From: an uncultured Candidatus Saccharibacteria bacterium
GTDB taxonomy: Bacteria; Patescibacteriota; Minisyncoccia; Phycocordibacterales; JAKFXT01
Assembly: GCA_964541455.1 (NCBI GenBank)
Contig: CAZIPS010000003.1
Span: 2,663-66,662 of the forward strand
Length of the DNA stretch: 64,000 nt
Direction of reading: 5' to 3'
In this document: positions 48,894 to 58,174 of the stretch, one piece after another
Layout: each line of letters opens with the position of its first letter
Position numbering within the stretch: position 1 is the stretch's first letter
Notes under the pieces: model-generated
Told to the model about the DNA's origin: nothing
Databases searched by the model: none
The model's input: only the letters and a program-made list of their open reading frames with translations
Program-made: the position numbers and the translations under genes

Positions 48894-49583
48894 ATGCTCT
48901 ACGTTTACTATGGCAATGATCGGGTGAAGGCTCTACTTAAGGCCCAGAAGGTGTTGGAGAAAAGTGGGGCAGAGGAAGTGGTGCGGCTCGATGACACAAC
49001 AGCCACTCTTTCAGAGATATTTTCTCTTGTAGAACAAAGCAGCCTTTTTGGTGGTGTGAAAGCTGTGAAGTGCGATCAGGTGCTACAAAGTGAGGAGGTG
49101 GGTGAGGATGTGCTCAAGAGGATTGAAGCGCTCGCTAAGTCTTCTACTATTTTTGTTTTTCTTGAGGACAAAATCTTGGCTGAACCACTACGTACGATCA
49201 AAAAATATGCAACTGAAGTTGAAGAGTATAAGTTAACTGAAAAGAAAGAAGCTTTTAATACGTTCGCATTAGCAGATGTATTCCTTATGAGAGATAAGAA
49301 AGCCCTTTGGGTACTTCTCATGCGGGCGTTTAAGGCAGAGAAGACGGCTGAAGAAATTATCGGGACACTCTTTTGGCAAATGAAAAGCTTTATGATTATT
49401 GAGGAAGGAGGTGGGACAACACTTTCTCCATATGTTGTAGGGAAGACAAAAAGGCAACAAAAAAATTTCGCACCGGGAGAAATGAAACGTTTAACTAATC
49501 AGCTTCTCATTTCTTACCACGAAGCAAGACGAGGAAAAGGGGATATGGAAACAGTGCTTGAACGATTTGTGCTTGGAGTCTAA
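48894..49583 (+). CDS. holA: DNA polymerase III delta subunit-like (HolA)
   Basis: MLYVYYG, SSLFGG, FNTFALAD, LERFVL patterns; follows polA. Confidence 0.6.
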   Translation: MLYVYYGNDRVKALLKAQKVLEKSGAEEVVRLDDTTATLSEIFSLVEQSSLFGGVKAVKCDQVLQSEEVGEDVLKRIEALAKSSTIFVFLEDKILAEPLRTIKKYATEVEEYKLTEKKEAFNTFALADVFLMRDKKALWVLLMRAFKAEKTAEEIIGTLFWQMKSFMIIEEGGGTTLSPYVVGKTKRQQKNFAPGEMKRLTNQLLISYHEARRGKGDMETVLERFVLGV

Positions 49584-49608
49584 TGAATTTTTGCAAAACG
49601 TCTTCTTA

Positions 49609-50019
49609 TTAAACTTGTGGAGGTACGGGTTTAAATCCTCTAACTGTTTTAGTGCTAAAGTAAAAAGCAACGAGAAAAACAATAGCTGTCACTTGTCTAA
49701 AGATAAAGACACCGCGAGTGATCTCCTGATGCGTTGAATATTCTCTAAGGGCGAGATATTCAAAAAAGAGGAACGAAACGGCAGTAAATACCATGTTCCA
49801 CACAATGACCTTGCGACTTTCGGGGCTTGTGTAGCCGGCAAGCAACGTTAAGATGAGTACGCCGAAAATACCAAAACTAAGATTGAGCCCTAAAAGCTGC
49901 TGGTCGAGAAGAAACTCGACAAGGAGTACAGCACTTGCTCCGAGCAAAAGCTTACGTACAAAATCGCCGTAGTAATGAGGGATGGGATTCTTTTTGTTTG
50001 TTTTTTGATCTTGGTCCAT
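49609..50019 (-). CDS. Four-TM membrane hypothetical protein
   Basis: 136 aa with four hydrophobic segments. Confidence 0.75.
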   Translation of the reverse strand: MDQDQKTNKKNPIPHYYGDFVRKLLLGASAVLLVEFLLDQQLLGLNLSFGIFGVLILTLLAGYTSPESRKVIVWNMVFTAVSFLFFEYLALREYSTHQEITRGVFIFRQVTAIVFLVAFYFSTKTVRGFKPVPPQV

Positions 50020-50078
50020 GTGGATATTATGCTCCTATTTAGGGATTTTTGGTAGGACTCTTTTGGTACAATGCGGCA

Positions 50079-50906
50079 ATGACCTTTTTTCTTCTTTATA
50101 CCTGTATTGGGGCAATAGGGGGAGTAGTAGTTTTGTTTTTTGCATTGCGACTACTCACCAGCCCTTCAAATAATAGAGATTGGGCGCCGGACCAAAAAAT
50201 TCTTCCTTATGGGGTTATAGAGGGTGACAATGTTTCGCTTTTTAATATTCGTAATTTTGCCTACATTTCAGTAACAAAGTACAAAGAACAGTATTATGAC
50301 AAAATTTTTGACGTACGTACTATAAAAAGAGTGTGGTATGTCGTCGAGCCTTTTTCTGGAATTCCAGGTTCGGCACACACTTTTCTTAGCTTTGAATTTG
50401 AAGAGGGAGTATTTTTGGCTTTTTCAATTGAGATTAGGAAGAGGAAGGGACAGGAGTTTCACCCTATTAAGGGATTGTTTAACCAGTATGAGCTGATGTA
50501 TGTTATTGCTGATGAAAATGATGTGGTGAAGTTGCGTTCAAATTATCGCAAGGACCCTGTCTATGTGTACCCTGCAAGAGCACCACAAGAAAAAGTAAAA
50601 ATGTTATTTTTACATATGGTTAAGAGTGCGAATATGCTCCGTGAACATCCTCAGTTTTATAACACCATAACGCATAATTGTACGACCGAAATTGTGCGCC
50701 ATATTAATGCCATCACTCCCAAAAGCGTACCTCTTTTTAGTTTGGCGATTCTTTTTCCGGAGTATTCTGATAAGTTAGCTTATAACTTGGGACTCCTGGA
50801 CACCACGCTTTCTTTTGAAAAGGCGCGGGAGAAGTTTCGCATAAATGAAAGAGCGGAGAAGTATAAGGATGACCCACATTTTTCGGGAAAGATAAGGGAG
50901 GGGTAG
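50079..50906 (+). CDS. DUF4105 / Lnb N-terminal domain protein
   Basis: PSNNRDW, NIRNF, AHTFLSFEF, SIEIRK, FYNTITHNCTT. Confidence 0.85.
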   Translation: MTFFLLYTCIGAIGGVVVLFFALRLLTSPSNNRDWAPDQKILPYGVIEGDNVSLFNIRNFAYISVTKYKEQYYDKIFDVRTIKRVWYVVEPFSGIPGSAHTFLSFEFEEGVFLAFSIEIRKRKGQEFHPIKGLFNQYELMYVIADENDVVKLRSNYRKDPVYVYPARAPQEKVKMLFLHMVKSANMLREHPQFYNTITHNCTTEIVRHINAITPKSVPLFSLAILFPEYSDKLAYNLGLLDTTLSFEKAREKFRINERAEKYKDDPHFSGKIREG

Positions 50907-50969
50907 GGGGTACAGGGATCTTTCGCTGTACGAATAGTATAGCTTCCCCATTTTTTGTAACAGGAATTT

Positions 50970-51104
50970 GTCGTCACGGATAATTTTGTTTTCGTCAAAA
51001 CAAAATTTCCTTGACCACGACTCGCGGTTTTGCGTACTCGCAAAACATCGCTCCGTCTCGGACTTGTAGTAAAAAACAGTGCGCAGGCACTGTTTTTTCT
51101 CAAG
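50970..51104 (-). repeat. tRNA-associated structured trailer, copy 1
   Basis: CTGC-loop hairpin with 30 nt identical to 63286-63315; TTTTGC/GCAAAA hairpin; GAGTCGTGGTC...TCCGTGAC helix. Confidence 0.8.
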
Positions 51105-51176
51105 TCCGCCCAGCAGGGATCGAACCTGCGACCAATTGCTTAAAAGGCAACTGCTCTACCACTGAGCTATGGGCGG
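51105..51176 (-). tRNA. tRNA-Lys(TTT)
   Basis: Cloverleaf CCGCCCA/TGGGCGG; anticodon loop CT-TTT-AA; GGTTCGATCC; CCA not encoded. Confidence 0.95.
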
Positions 51177-51220
51177 AATATCCCCTAACTTACAACAAAA
51201 ACCTCTAAAAGAGAAGCTGT

Positions 51221-51625
51221 CTAGAGAGGGAGGTCAAAGGCATACATCCCAGGGCCAATGAAGAGAAGTGAGAAAGTAATAATAAAAAGGAGGGCGTAAA
51301 ATGAGCGAGGGTGAGGGGTTACCGATTTTCCTATGAGATTAAGGACGAGGAGTTTGAGCGCAATTAAGGCTCCAATAAGAGCGCCTATTTGGGTGTAGAG
51401 GCCAGCAAGGAGGGAGAGGGCAACTATAGTTTCAAATGCTGCAAGAAGGATAAGGAAAAAGAGAGGGCGAAAATACTTAAACTTTCTAATATCAGAAAGA
51501 ATGCCACTGCGTTCCTTGGTAAGCGTGCGGTATCCAAGAGTAAGGAAGGTGATGCCGATAGAGACACGAACAATAGTGATACCGAAAAATCCGTAGGCAA
51601 GAAGTGTTGGAAATATGCTTAACAT
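51221..51625 (-). CDS. DoxX family membrane protein
   Basis: IVRVSIG, LLAGLYTQIGAL, GPGMYAFD. Confidence 0.8.
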   Translation of the reverse strand: MLSIFPTLLAYGFFGITIVRVSIGITFLTLGYRTLTKERSGILSDIRKFKYFRPLFFLILLAAFETIVALSLLAGLYTQIGALIGALIALKLLVLNLIGKSVTPHPRSFYALLFIITFSLLFIGPGMYAFDLPL

Positions 51626-51670
51626 GGAGATTATTCTAGCATAAGAGGCATTTGTGCTATAGTCTCCCAA

Positions 51671-52159
51671 ATGAAAACAAAGAAAAAAGAGACAGAAGCA
51701 TACTTGGCTTTGGTGGACATACGTAGTGCTGAAAATGTCGGGGCCATATTTAGGACAGCCGATGCTTTAGGGATAAGTACCATCTATCTCGTAGGGTATA
51801 CTCCAGACCCTATCGATCGTTTCAACAGAGCAAGAAAGGATGTGGCAAAAGCAGCACTTGGAGCAGAGAAAACGGTTCCTTGGGAGCATGTAAAGGACAC
51901 CGCCACTCTTTTCAAACTACTCAAGAAGAACCGGCTTCAAGGTATTGCCATCGAACAAGATAAGCGAGCGGTAGATTATAAAAAAGTAACCCTTGAAGGA
52001 CCAACATGTTTTTTGGTGGGGAATGAAGTTACAGGGCTCCCAAAAAATATTTTAAAAAAGGTGGATATTATTGCCGAAATCCCCATGCAAGGGAAAAAAG
52101 AGTCACTTAATGTAAGTGTGGCAACAGGGATAGCACTGGCACGAATACTTAATCTTTAG
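51671..52159 (+). CDS. TrmH/SpoU family RNA methyltransferase
   Basis: IRSAENVGAIFRTADA, VGNEVTG, IPMQGKKESLNVSVA. Confidence 0.92.
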   Translation: MKTKKKETEAYLALVDIRSAENVGAIFRTADALGISTIYLVGYTPDPIDRFNRARKDVAKAALGAEKTVPWEHVKDTATLFKLLKKNRLQGIAIEQDKRAVDYKKVTLEGPTCFLVGNEVTGLPKNILKKVDIIAEIPMQGKKESLNVSVATGIALARILNL

Positions 52160-52168
52160 TGGTATTGA

Positions 52169-53074
52169 TTAGTACGTTTTAAAATAGGCCGCAGTATTGC
52201 CGCTTAGATCAATTACTTTTACAAGTTCGCGTTGATTTTGCCAGAGATTTTCTGGTTGCTTAAGATAAAGGCGCCATTCAGGTTTGTAAAAATCTGCATC
52301 AAGTTTGTGGTTTTCTACACAGGTATTGTAGTTAATCTTTGTTGCAACATATGAGGTGCACTCTGGACCCAAATCATTTGGAACATCGTTTAGTGGCATA
52401 GTGCAGGTGCCGATACTTTCGATGTAGTTAAGACAGGCATTTCGATAGTTTGCCCCTATGGTAGGTAGATCCTCATCTGATGCTCGAGGACATTCATAGG
52501 GGAGCGGGGGGTTAAAAGAGGCGCTTTGATTGAAGTATCCTGTACATTTATTGACGCGGAAGGAGTAGCCAACAGGTGAAGTTCCTGTGGTGATGTACGC
52601 AGTGTCTCCTGGTTGTAGATACACTGGGTCGTCATAATTGATGCGGCCGAAATCAGGACGATAGACTGCACGAGGAAGCGTACTCCCTCGTCCTGTAGGA
52701 GCGCTTTTAATTTGCATACCGGTGATAAGTACTCGATTTGGGGCGTCTGATGCAAGGTGAAGGGTAACGTACTCATCTCTTGGATTGTCTATCCCAATAC
52801 CGCCTTGGTAGAGCGTCATGTATTTATTTAATGAAGAGAGGGGGCCTGTGGCAGTTGATTCGGCAGTCGCTTTTTTGAGTTCAGTTGTTTCGTTGCTAAT
52901 GCGGTTCACTTCACTACTGATCCCTTCGATTGTTGAGGGGGCTTTGTAAGATCCATCTGGATTTCGGTTGGCGCCACTCATCCCCCCATTAACGCTCCAC
53001 ATTAAAAAGAGGATGCCAAAGAAAGCAATAAGAAAACCAAAGCCACTATCGCCACCTGATTTCGATTCCGCCAT
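52169..53074 (-). CDS. Membrane-anchored Cys-rich hypothetical protein
   Basis: N-terminal TM; six Cys in the C-terminal half (NKCTGY, YNTCVENH). Confidence 0.8.
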   Translation of the reverse strand: MAESKSGGDSGFGFLIAFFGILFLMWSVNGGMSGANRNPDGSYKAPSTIEGISSEVNRISNETTELKKATAESTATGPLSSLNKYMTLYQGGIGIDNPRDEYVTLHLASDAPNRVLITGMQIKSAPTGRGSTLPRAVYRPDFGRINYDDPVYLQPGDTAYITTGTSPVGYSFRVNKCTGYFNQSASFNPPLPYECPRASDEDLPTIGANYRNACLNYIESIGTCTMPLNDVPNDLGPECTSYVATKINYNTCVENHKLDADFYKPEWRLYLKQPENLWQNQRELVKVIDLSGNTAAYFKTY

Positions 53075-53101
53075 GATGCACTTATCATACCTCCGAGGCC
53101 T

Positions 53102-53998
53102 TTACTTTAGAAGAGGTTGATGGATACTGCAGTAATGAGCGCTCCTCCCATTAACTACTTTGCGAAGAATGACACCTTTGCAACCTCTTTTCTCGCAGGG
53201 CTTACCTGTTTTCCTGTACGCATGATGTTTGTTTTGAAAGTTACCCTTTTCGCCATAGATATTTCGGTAATCTGAAGTAGAGTCTCCTCCAAAAGCAATG
53301 CCCCCTAAAAGGGTTGGTCTAATAACACTAAAAAGTTTTTTCAATTGTTGGGAGGTGAGGGAGGAGACTTTTTGCTCTGGGTGTATGCTAGAGCGCCAAA
53401 GCACTTCATCAGAGTAAATATTGCCGATCCCAGCAAGTACGCTTTGATCCATGAGGACTGTTTTTATTTTACCGTTTTTCTTTTTTAAAAGACGCTCCTT
53501 AAAGAGGTTAAATGTAAAAGCGGGAGAAAGAGGTTCTGGTCCAAGGTGTGAGAGGTGAGGGGAGTGCGAAAGAAGGGGGGTATTGATAAGAACAAGTTTA
53601 CCGAATTTGCGTGTGTCACAAAAGGCTAGATGTTTGCCGTTTGAAAGCGAGAAGAGGACATGAATAAAACGGTTGTACGGATCACGAAGTGCATCATTTT
53701 TCTCGCTTTCATGAGGAACCCATGTTTTAAGGTGTTCTTTGTAATGGCCATAGAGAAGATGGCCAGTCATTTTAAGGTGAATAAGAAGTGTGTAGTCGTT
53801 TTCGAAATGAATAAGGATATTTTTAGCGCGGCGCTCCACCCCTTTGATTTTTTTGTTAAGAATCGCTTTTTTAATTGTTGGGACAGTGGTTCCACGAAAC
53901 ATTTTTGGCCAATCGGTCCAAAGCGAAGTGAAAGAGAGTGTGGGAAGCACTTTCGCTAGTCCACTAACAGTGGTTTGGACCTCGGGTAGTTCAGGCAT
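53102..53998 (-). CDS. mutM: Formamidopyrimidine-DNA glycosylase
   Basis: MPELPEV, HLKMTG, AGIGNIYSDE, C-terminal zinc finger. Confidence 0.96.
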   Translation of the reverse strand: MPELPEVQTTVSGLAKVLPTLSFTSLWTDWPKMFRGTTVPTIKKAILNKKIKGVERRAKNILIHFENDYTLLIHLKMTGHLLYGHYKEHLKTWVPHESEKNDALRDPYNRFIHVLFSLSNGKHLAFCDTRKFGKLVLINTPLLSHSPHLSHLGPEPLSPAFTFNLFKERLLKKKNGKIKTVLMDQSVLAGIGNIYSDEVLWRSSIHPEQKVSSLTSQQLKKLFSVIRPTLLGGIAFGGDSTSDYRNIYGEKGNFQNKHHAYRKTGKPCEKRGCKGVILRKVVNGRSAHYCSIHQPLLK

Positions 53999-54038
53999 AT
54001 ACTTTTTCTACAGGACGTACGTCTTTTCTGCAACTTGT

Positions 54039-54986
54039 ATGTATAAATACCCGCATACGACTTTTTTCTTCGCTACTCTTTTTGTAGCTAGTTTTTTAAG
54101 TGTGTTTTTAGGAAGTAAGCTCCCACTGCTCTATGAGAAAGGAACGGACATGCTTGCAGCGGTCTTTTTTACACCAAGTATTACCGTGCCAGAGCTCAAA
54201 GCAGCATACAATGGGACACACCCAACACACCGCACACTTAAGATACTCATTGTTCCAGGACACGAACCTTTTACTGGTGGAACTGAATATGGGGGAGTGA
54301 CGGAGCGGAACTTAACGGTGTTATTGGCAAACGATCTAAGAGACATATTAGGGAAAAATAAAAAGTATGAAGTCTTTGTAACAAGAAATCAGCTTTCTTG
54401 GCATGAACCACTTGTGTCGTACTTTAAAAATCAGGGTGAGGCCATTGATTCATGGCGCCGCGAAAAGCAACTTTCCATGAATGCGCTTGTTGCAAGTGGA
54501 ACAGTGACTCTCTCTATACCTATTGTCCATGGGAAAGCCAATAGTGATGATGCAAGAAGGCTCTATGGAGTGCAAAAGTGGGCGAATGAGCAGGACTATG
54601 ATGTAATCCTCCATATACATATAAATGATTATCCAAGGAAGGGAAAAGAAAAGAAATATACAGGACTCGCACTTTATGTGCCGGAGCATCAATACTCAAA
54701 TGCCGATGCTTCTCAAACACTCGCAGCATATATGTTTAAGGAGCTTAATACGGTGATAGGAACAAGTACACTAAAAGAGGAAAAAAGTGGGGTGGTTGAG
54801 GATCAAGAGCTTATTGCTATTGGCCGCTTTAATACAGCAGATACTGCCAATGTACTCATAGAATATGGGTATATTTACGAACCCCAGTATCAAGGAACTA
54901 ATGAGGTGCGAGACCAAGCGCTTTATACTTATGCGCTTAAAACGTACCAAGGACTCGAGGATTTTTTTGGAGATACTAAAAACTAA
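54039..54986 (+). CDS. N-acetylmuramoyl-L-alanine amidase (Amidase_3)
   Basis: ILIVPGHE, TERNL, LHIHIN, VLIEYGY; start moved to ATG 54039 to avoid overlap with mutM. Confidence 0.85.
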   Translation: MYKYPHTTFFFATLFVASFLSVFLGSKLPLLYEKGTDMLAAVFFTPSITVPELKAAYNGTHPTHRTLKILIVPGHEPFTGGTEYGGVTERNLTVLLANDLRDILGKNKKYEVFVTRNQLSWHEPLVSYFKNQGEAIDSWRREKQLSMNALVASGTVTLSIPIVHGKANSDDARRLYGVQKWANEQDYDVILHIHINDYPRKGKEKKYTGLALYVPEHQYSNADASQTLAAYMFKELNTVIGTSTLKEEKSGVVEDQELIAIGRFNTADTANVLIEYGYIYEPQYQGTNEVRDQALYTYALKTYQGLEDFFGDTKN

Positions 54987-56245
54987 ACTAGTTTTTGAAG
55001 TTCTTCTCTAGCTATTTCAGCGTCACTCCATGGAGTCCTTTTGTTTTTTGCTTCCATAATGTAAGGGTCGGTGCCCTTGCCACTAATGAGGACGGTTGAC
55101 CCAAGGTTTGCATGACGCAGTGCGGTGCGAATAGCTTCTCTGCGGTCCATGATAATCTCTATTTTTTTGTTCGTGATGCCTGCTTTAATATCAGCAACAA
55201 TGCTTTCGGGATCTTCGTCATACGGATCTTCATTGGTGAGGATAATTTCATCGCAATACGAGCTCGCCACTTTCCCCATCTTTTCGCGTTTTCCCTTATC
55301 TCTCCCGCCCCCTGTGCCACCTAGAACACAAATGCGACGCGTGCCACTGAAGGCCTCATAGAGTTTGGTGAGTGAGTCGACTGTATGGGCGTAGTCAACA
55401 ACGACAGTAAAATTTTGGCCAGCCTCGATGCGCTGTACTCGCCCAAGCGCACCTTTAAAAGATTCTACTGCATGCAATAGAACATCTGTTGGAATATGAA
55501 GTGCTTCTCCTAAGGTAAGTGCTGCAAGAGCGTTTAACATATTAAATGTTCCAGGAAGTGTAGTATGCACAGTGCGCCCATTCCACGAAAAGTATCCTCC
55601 TGAGTGGCCAAGTTCATATGGCTTAGCTTGCTCGAGACGGTAGGTATATTTTTTTGAATAGGGGAGTGAAGCAAAGAGTGAGGACTCAGCTTCGTCTCCA
55701 TTTAGAATCGCAATGCGTGTGTGTTTGCCACTTTGAGCACAGCGTTTTGCAATTTCAAACTTTGCTGCACGATACTTTTCGTATGATCCATGGCGTTCGA
55801 TATGTTCAGGAGAGAGGTTGGTGAAAACAAAGGCATCAAGATAGATAAAACGATGGCGGAATTGGAGCACCGCTTCGCTACTCATCTCTATAACTGCATA
55901 GGTACAGCCTTTCTTTATGGCGCGACGCAAAAGCTTTTGCAAAAAGAAGCGTCCAGGGGTTGTCATTTTAAAAAGGTTTCGCTCACTTTTTTCACCAATT
56001 TTGAATTGGATAGTTGAAACAAGTGCCGTTTTGTACCCCGCTTCAGTGAGAAGGTGGTGGATATATTCACTGGTGGTTGTTTTGCCTTTAGTTCCTGTGA
56101 CCCCAATTACAAATATTTCTTTAGAAGGAAATCTGTAGAGGATGGCGCCTGTGAGGGCGAGGAGGTAATGATACGCAGGCTGGAAAAAACGGTAGATAGA
56201 TTTCGGAATCAGTTTTTCTATAAAGCGAAGAATTTTTTCAAGCAT
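54983..56245 (-). CDS. murE: UDP-MurNAc-tripeptide synthetase
   Basis: GVTGTKGKTT, EMSS, FTNLSPEH, VVDYAHT, TNEDPYDE, GKG. Confidence 0.9.
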   Translation of the reverse strand: MLEKILRFIEKLIPKSIYRFFQPAYHYLLALTGAILYRFPSKEIFVIGVTGTKGKTTTSEYIHHLLTEAGYKTALVSTIQFKIGEKSERNLFKMTTPGRFFLQKLLRRAIKKGCTYAVIEMSSEAVLQFRHRFIYLDAFVFTNLSPEHIERHGSYEKYRAAKFEIAKRCAQSGKHTRIAILNGDEAESSLFASLPYSKKYTYRLEQAKPYELGHSGGYFSWNGRTVHTTLPGTFNMLNALAALTLGEALHIPTDVLLHAVESFKGALGRVQRIEAGQNFTVVVDYAHTVDSLTKLYEAFSGTRRICVLGGTGGGRDKGKREKMGKVASSYCDEIILTNEDPYDEDPESIVADIKAGITNKKIEIIMDRREAIRTALRHANLGSTVLISGKGTDPYIMEAKNKRTPWSDAEIAREELQKLV

Positions 56246-56273
56246 AGTGAAAGTATAGCAGTAGTTAGATTTC

Positions 56274-56846
56274 CTACCCTCGACCTAGTTGCTTTAGGGC
56301 CTCGCGAATAATGGCTTGGGTATCATTTGAGGAGGGGGTGATTGACTTCAATACTTCGCGTATATCGCGTTCACTATAGCCAAGGGACATAAGTGCAAGA
56401 AGTGCGTCAGACTCTTCTTTAAGGGCTCGGCCGGAGTTTTCTTCTATAAGACCAACTTTTTCTTTAAGTTCAAGCACAATCTTTTCGGCTGTTTTTTTGC
56501 CAATGCCTGATACTTTAGTGAGATACCCTGAATCCCCTGTAGTGATAGCTTGGCGTAAGGTAGGGAGTGCAACTGCCGAGAGAATGGCGAGCGCTGAACG
56601 AGGACCGATGCCGGAAATGGTAATAAGGAGTTCAAAAAAGGAAAGCTCTTCTTGGCTCTCAAAACCAAAGAGGTCAAGGGCGTTTTCGCGCACCGCCAAA
56701 TAGGTAAAAAGTGCTACAGATTCCTGCTCTTTATGCACCCTAAGTGCATCTTCGGTAACAAAGACTTTATAGCCGACACCTCCCACAAGGAGGGTGAGGG
56801 ACTTTTCGGTGTGTGCGATAACAGTGCCTGAAAGGTAGCCAATCAT
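56274..56846 (-). CDS. ruvA: Holliday junction branch migration protein RuvA
   Basis: MIGYLSG, GVGY, SGIGPRSA, GIGKKTAEKIVLELK. Confidence 0.96.
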   Translation of the reverse strand: MIGYLSGTVIAHTEKSLTLLVGGVGYKVFVTEDALRVHKEQESVALFTYLAVRENALDLFGFESQEELSFFELLITISGIGPRSALAILSAVALPTLRQAITTGDSGYLTKVSGIGKKTAEKIVLELKEKVGLIEENSGRALKEESDALLALMSLGYSERDIREVLKSITPSSNDTQAIIREALKQLGRG

Positions 56847-56924
56847 GCGCTTAGTATAGCGTATTTAAGGAAGGACTGTCCCGTATTGCTTTTTGAGGGG
56901 GTTTTAGGTAATATCCTTTTACCT

Positions 56925-57188
56925 ATGGCAATAACTAAATCAGCAAAACGGGCAATCGGAGTTGCGGCACGTCGCCGTGTTTTCAACCTTCGTCGTAAGG
57001 ATGATCTCCGTACGACCCTTAAGGAGGTGAAGAAGTTGGTGGCGGCAGGCAAAAAGGCAGAGGCAACTAAAGCACTCGACGCAGCGTATAAGGCACTCGA
57101 CAAATCAGCTAAGACTAAGCTTATCAAGAAGGGGACAGCAGATCGAAAGAAGAGCCGGCTCGCTAAGCAGATTGCGAAGATCAAGTAA
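56925..57188 (+). CDS. rpsT: 30S ribosomal protein S20
   Basis: MAITKSAKRA...LDKSAKTKLIKKGTADRKKSRL. Confidence 0.95.
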   Translation: MAITKSAKRAIGVAARRRVFNLRRKDDLRTTLKEVKKLVAAGKKAEATKALDAAYKALDKSAKTKLIKKGTADRKKSRLAKQIAKIK

Positions 57189-57211
57189 AAAATCCCCTTT
57201 CGGGGTTTTTT
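57187..57211. terminator. Bidirectional terminator
   Basis: AAAAAATCCCC-tttc-GGGGTTTTTT between rpsT and the convergent tRNA-Arg unit. Confidence 0.8.
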
Positions 57212-57216
57212 ATTTT

Positions 57217-57368
57217 GGTCACAAGTCATTAAGTATTTTATTTCGCCCTGCAAGCAGGTTTCATAAAATACTAAGTGCTCGCGACCCCACCTCATATCGC
57301 TAAAGCGATATATTCCGGTTCACAAAAACTAAAAATGTGAAGCAGTTCACATTTTCTTAACGTTTTTG
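57217..57368 (-). repeat. tRNA-associated structured trailer, copy 2
   Basis: AAAATGTGAA-CTGC-TTCACATTTT; ATATCGC-ttta-GCGATAT; GAGGTGGGGTCGCGAG...CTTGTGACC. Confidence 0.75.
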
Positions 57369-57440
57369 TGCTCCCGGTTGGAATTGAACCAGCATCGTCT
57401 CCTTCGGAGGGAGATATTCTATCCGTTGAACTACGGGAGC
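57369..57440 (-). tRNA. tRNA-Arg(CCG)
   Basis: GCTCCCG/CGGGAGC acceptor stem; TCTCC-CT-CCG-AA-GGAGA; GGTTCAATTCC. Confidence 0.95.
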
Positions 57441-57447
57441 TTTATCC

Positions 57448-57747
57448 CTAGTGGTGTGCGAGGGACATAATAGCAATATAGCGAATATAGAACTCAAAAG
57501 TGACTGCCGCGATTAAGATAAGGATAAAAAAGGCACCAATTTTCTTATACCCATGTTCTCTAAAAAGGGCAATGAGGGCATAGATGAAAGAGAGGGCATA
57601 GCCGAAGATAAAGCCCCACGAAAGATGTCTAAAGAGTGGAGTAAAAATATCTTTAATAAAAAAAAGACTCATGAGAAAGCAAGTACCTGCAAAGAAGAAG
57701 AAAAAAGAAGCAAAGAAAAGAGGGAGAGATCGTCTTTGAGGTTTCAT
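57448..57747 (-). CDS. Small three-TM membrane protein
   Basis: Start at MKPQRR (ATG 57747) after an extended -10-like TATACT; three hydrophobic segments. Confidence 0.6.
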   Translation of the reverse strand: MKPQRRSLPLFFASFFFFFAGTCFLMSLFFIKDIFTPLFRHLSWGFIFGYALSFIYALIALFREHGYKKIGAFFILILIAAVTFEFYIRYIAIMSLAHH

Positions 57748-57903
57748 AGAGATAGTATAGCGTATGTTGGTTAAAAAAAGGGCTAGTAGTGCGAGGGAAG
57801 CACCCATTACACGGACAGTACACCTTTTGTGTCTGACTTTGCCAAAAAGCTCGCTCCCATATACCCAAGGCTTTCGATCTTGCACGGAGTGTGTATGGGC
57901 ATA

Positions 57904-58039
57904 AGGAATCTCGACCTACGGTCGCAGGTGGTTTTCTATTTTTTTGCAATTTGATTGCTCAAAAATAAAGAAAACCCTTTCGATTCCTGCATGCAAGCAA
58001 AGCAGTTTGCTTGCTCTCGGGGAACAAAATGTTCCATTT
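57904..58039 (-). repeat. tRNA-associated structured trailer, copy 3 (divergent)
   Basis: Stem capturing the tRNA 3' end; GCAAGCAAA-CTGC-TTTGCTTGC; 12-nt antisense to the T-arm; further hairpins. Confidence 0.7.
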
Positions 58040-58114
58040 TGGTCCCCTCGGCAGGAATCGAACCTGCATTGCAAGATCCGCAATCTTGCGTCCTATCCAT
58101 TGAACGACGAGGGG
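58040..58114 (-). tRNA. tRNA-Arg(GCG)
   Basis: CCCCTCG/CGAGGGG acceptor stem; CAAGA-TT-GCG-GA-TCTTG; GGTTCGATTCC; CCA encoded. Confidence 0.93.
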
Positions 58115-58174
58115 GGGAGTAGGTGAGTTATAGCAAAAAGTGCTCAATTTTACCACTCTTTTTTGAAAAGAGAT

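Noticed and set aside
56843-57295. 150-aa minus-strand ORF
   Set aside because: It is antisense to rpsT and begins inside the tRNA-Arg trailer.
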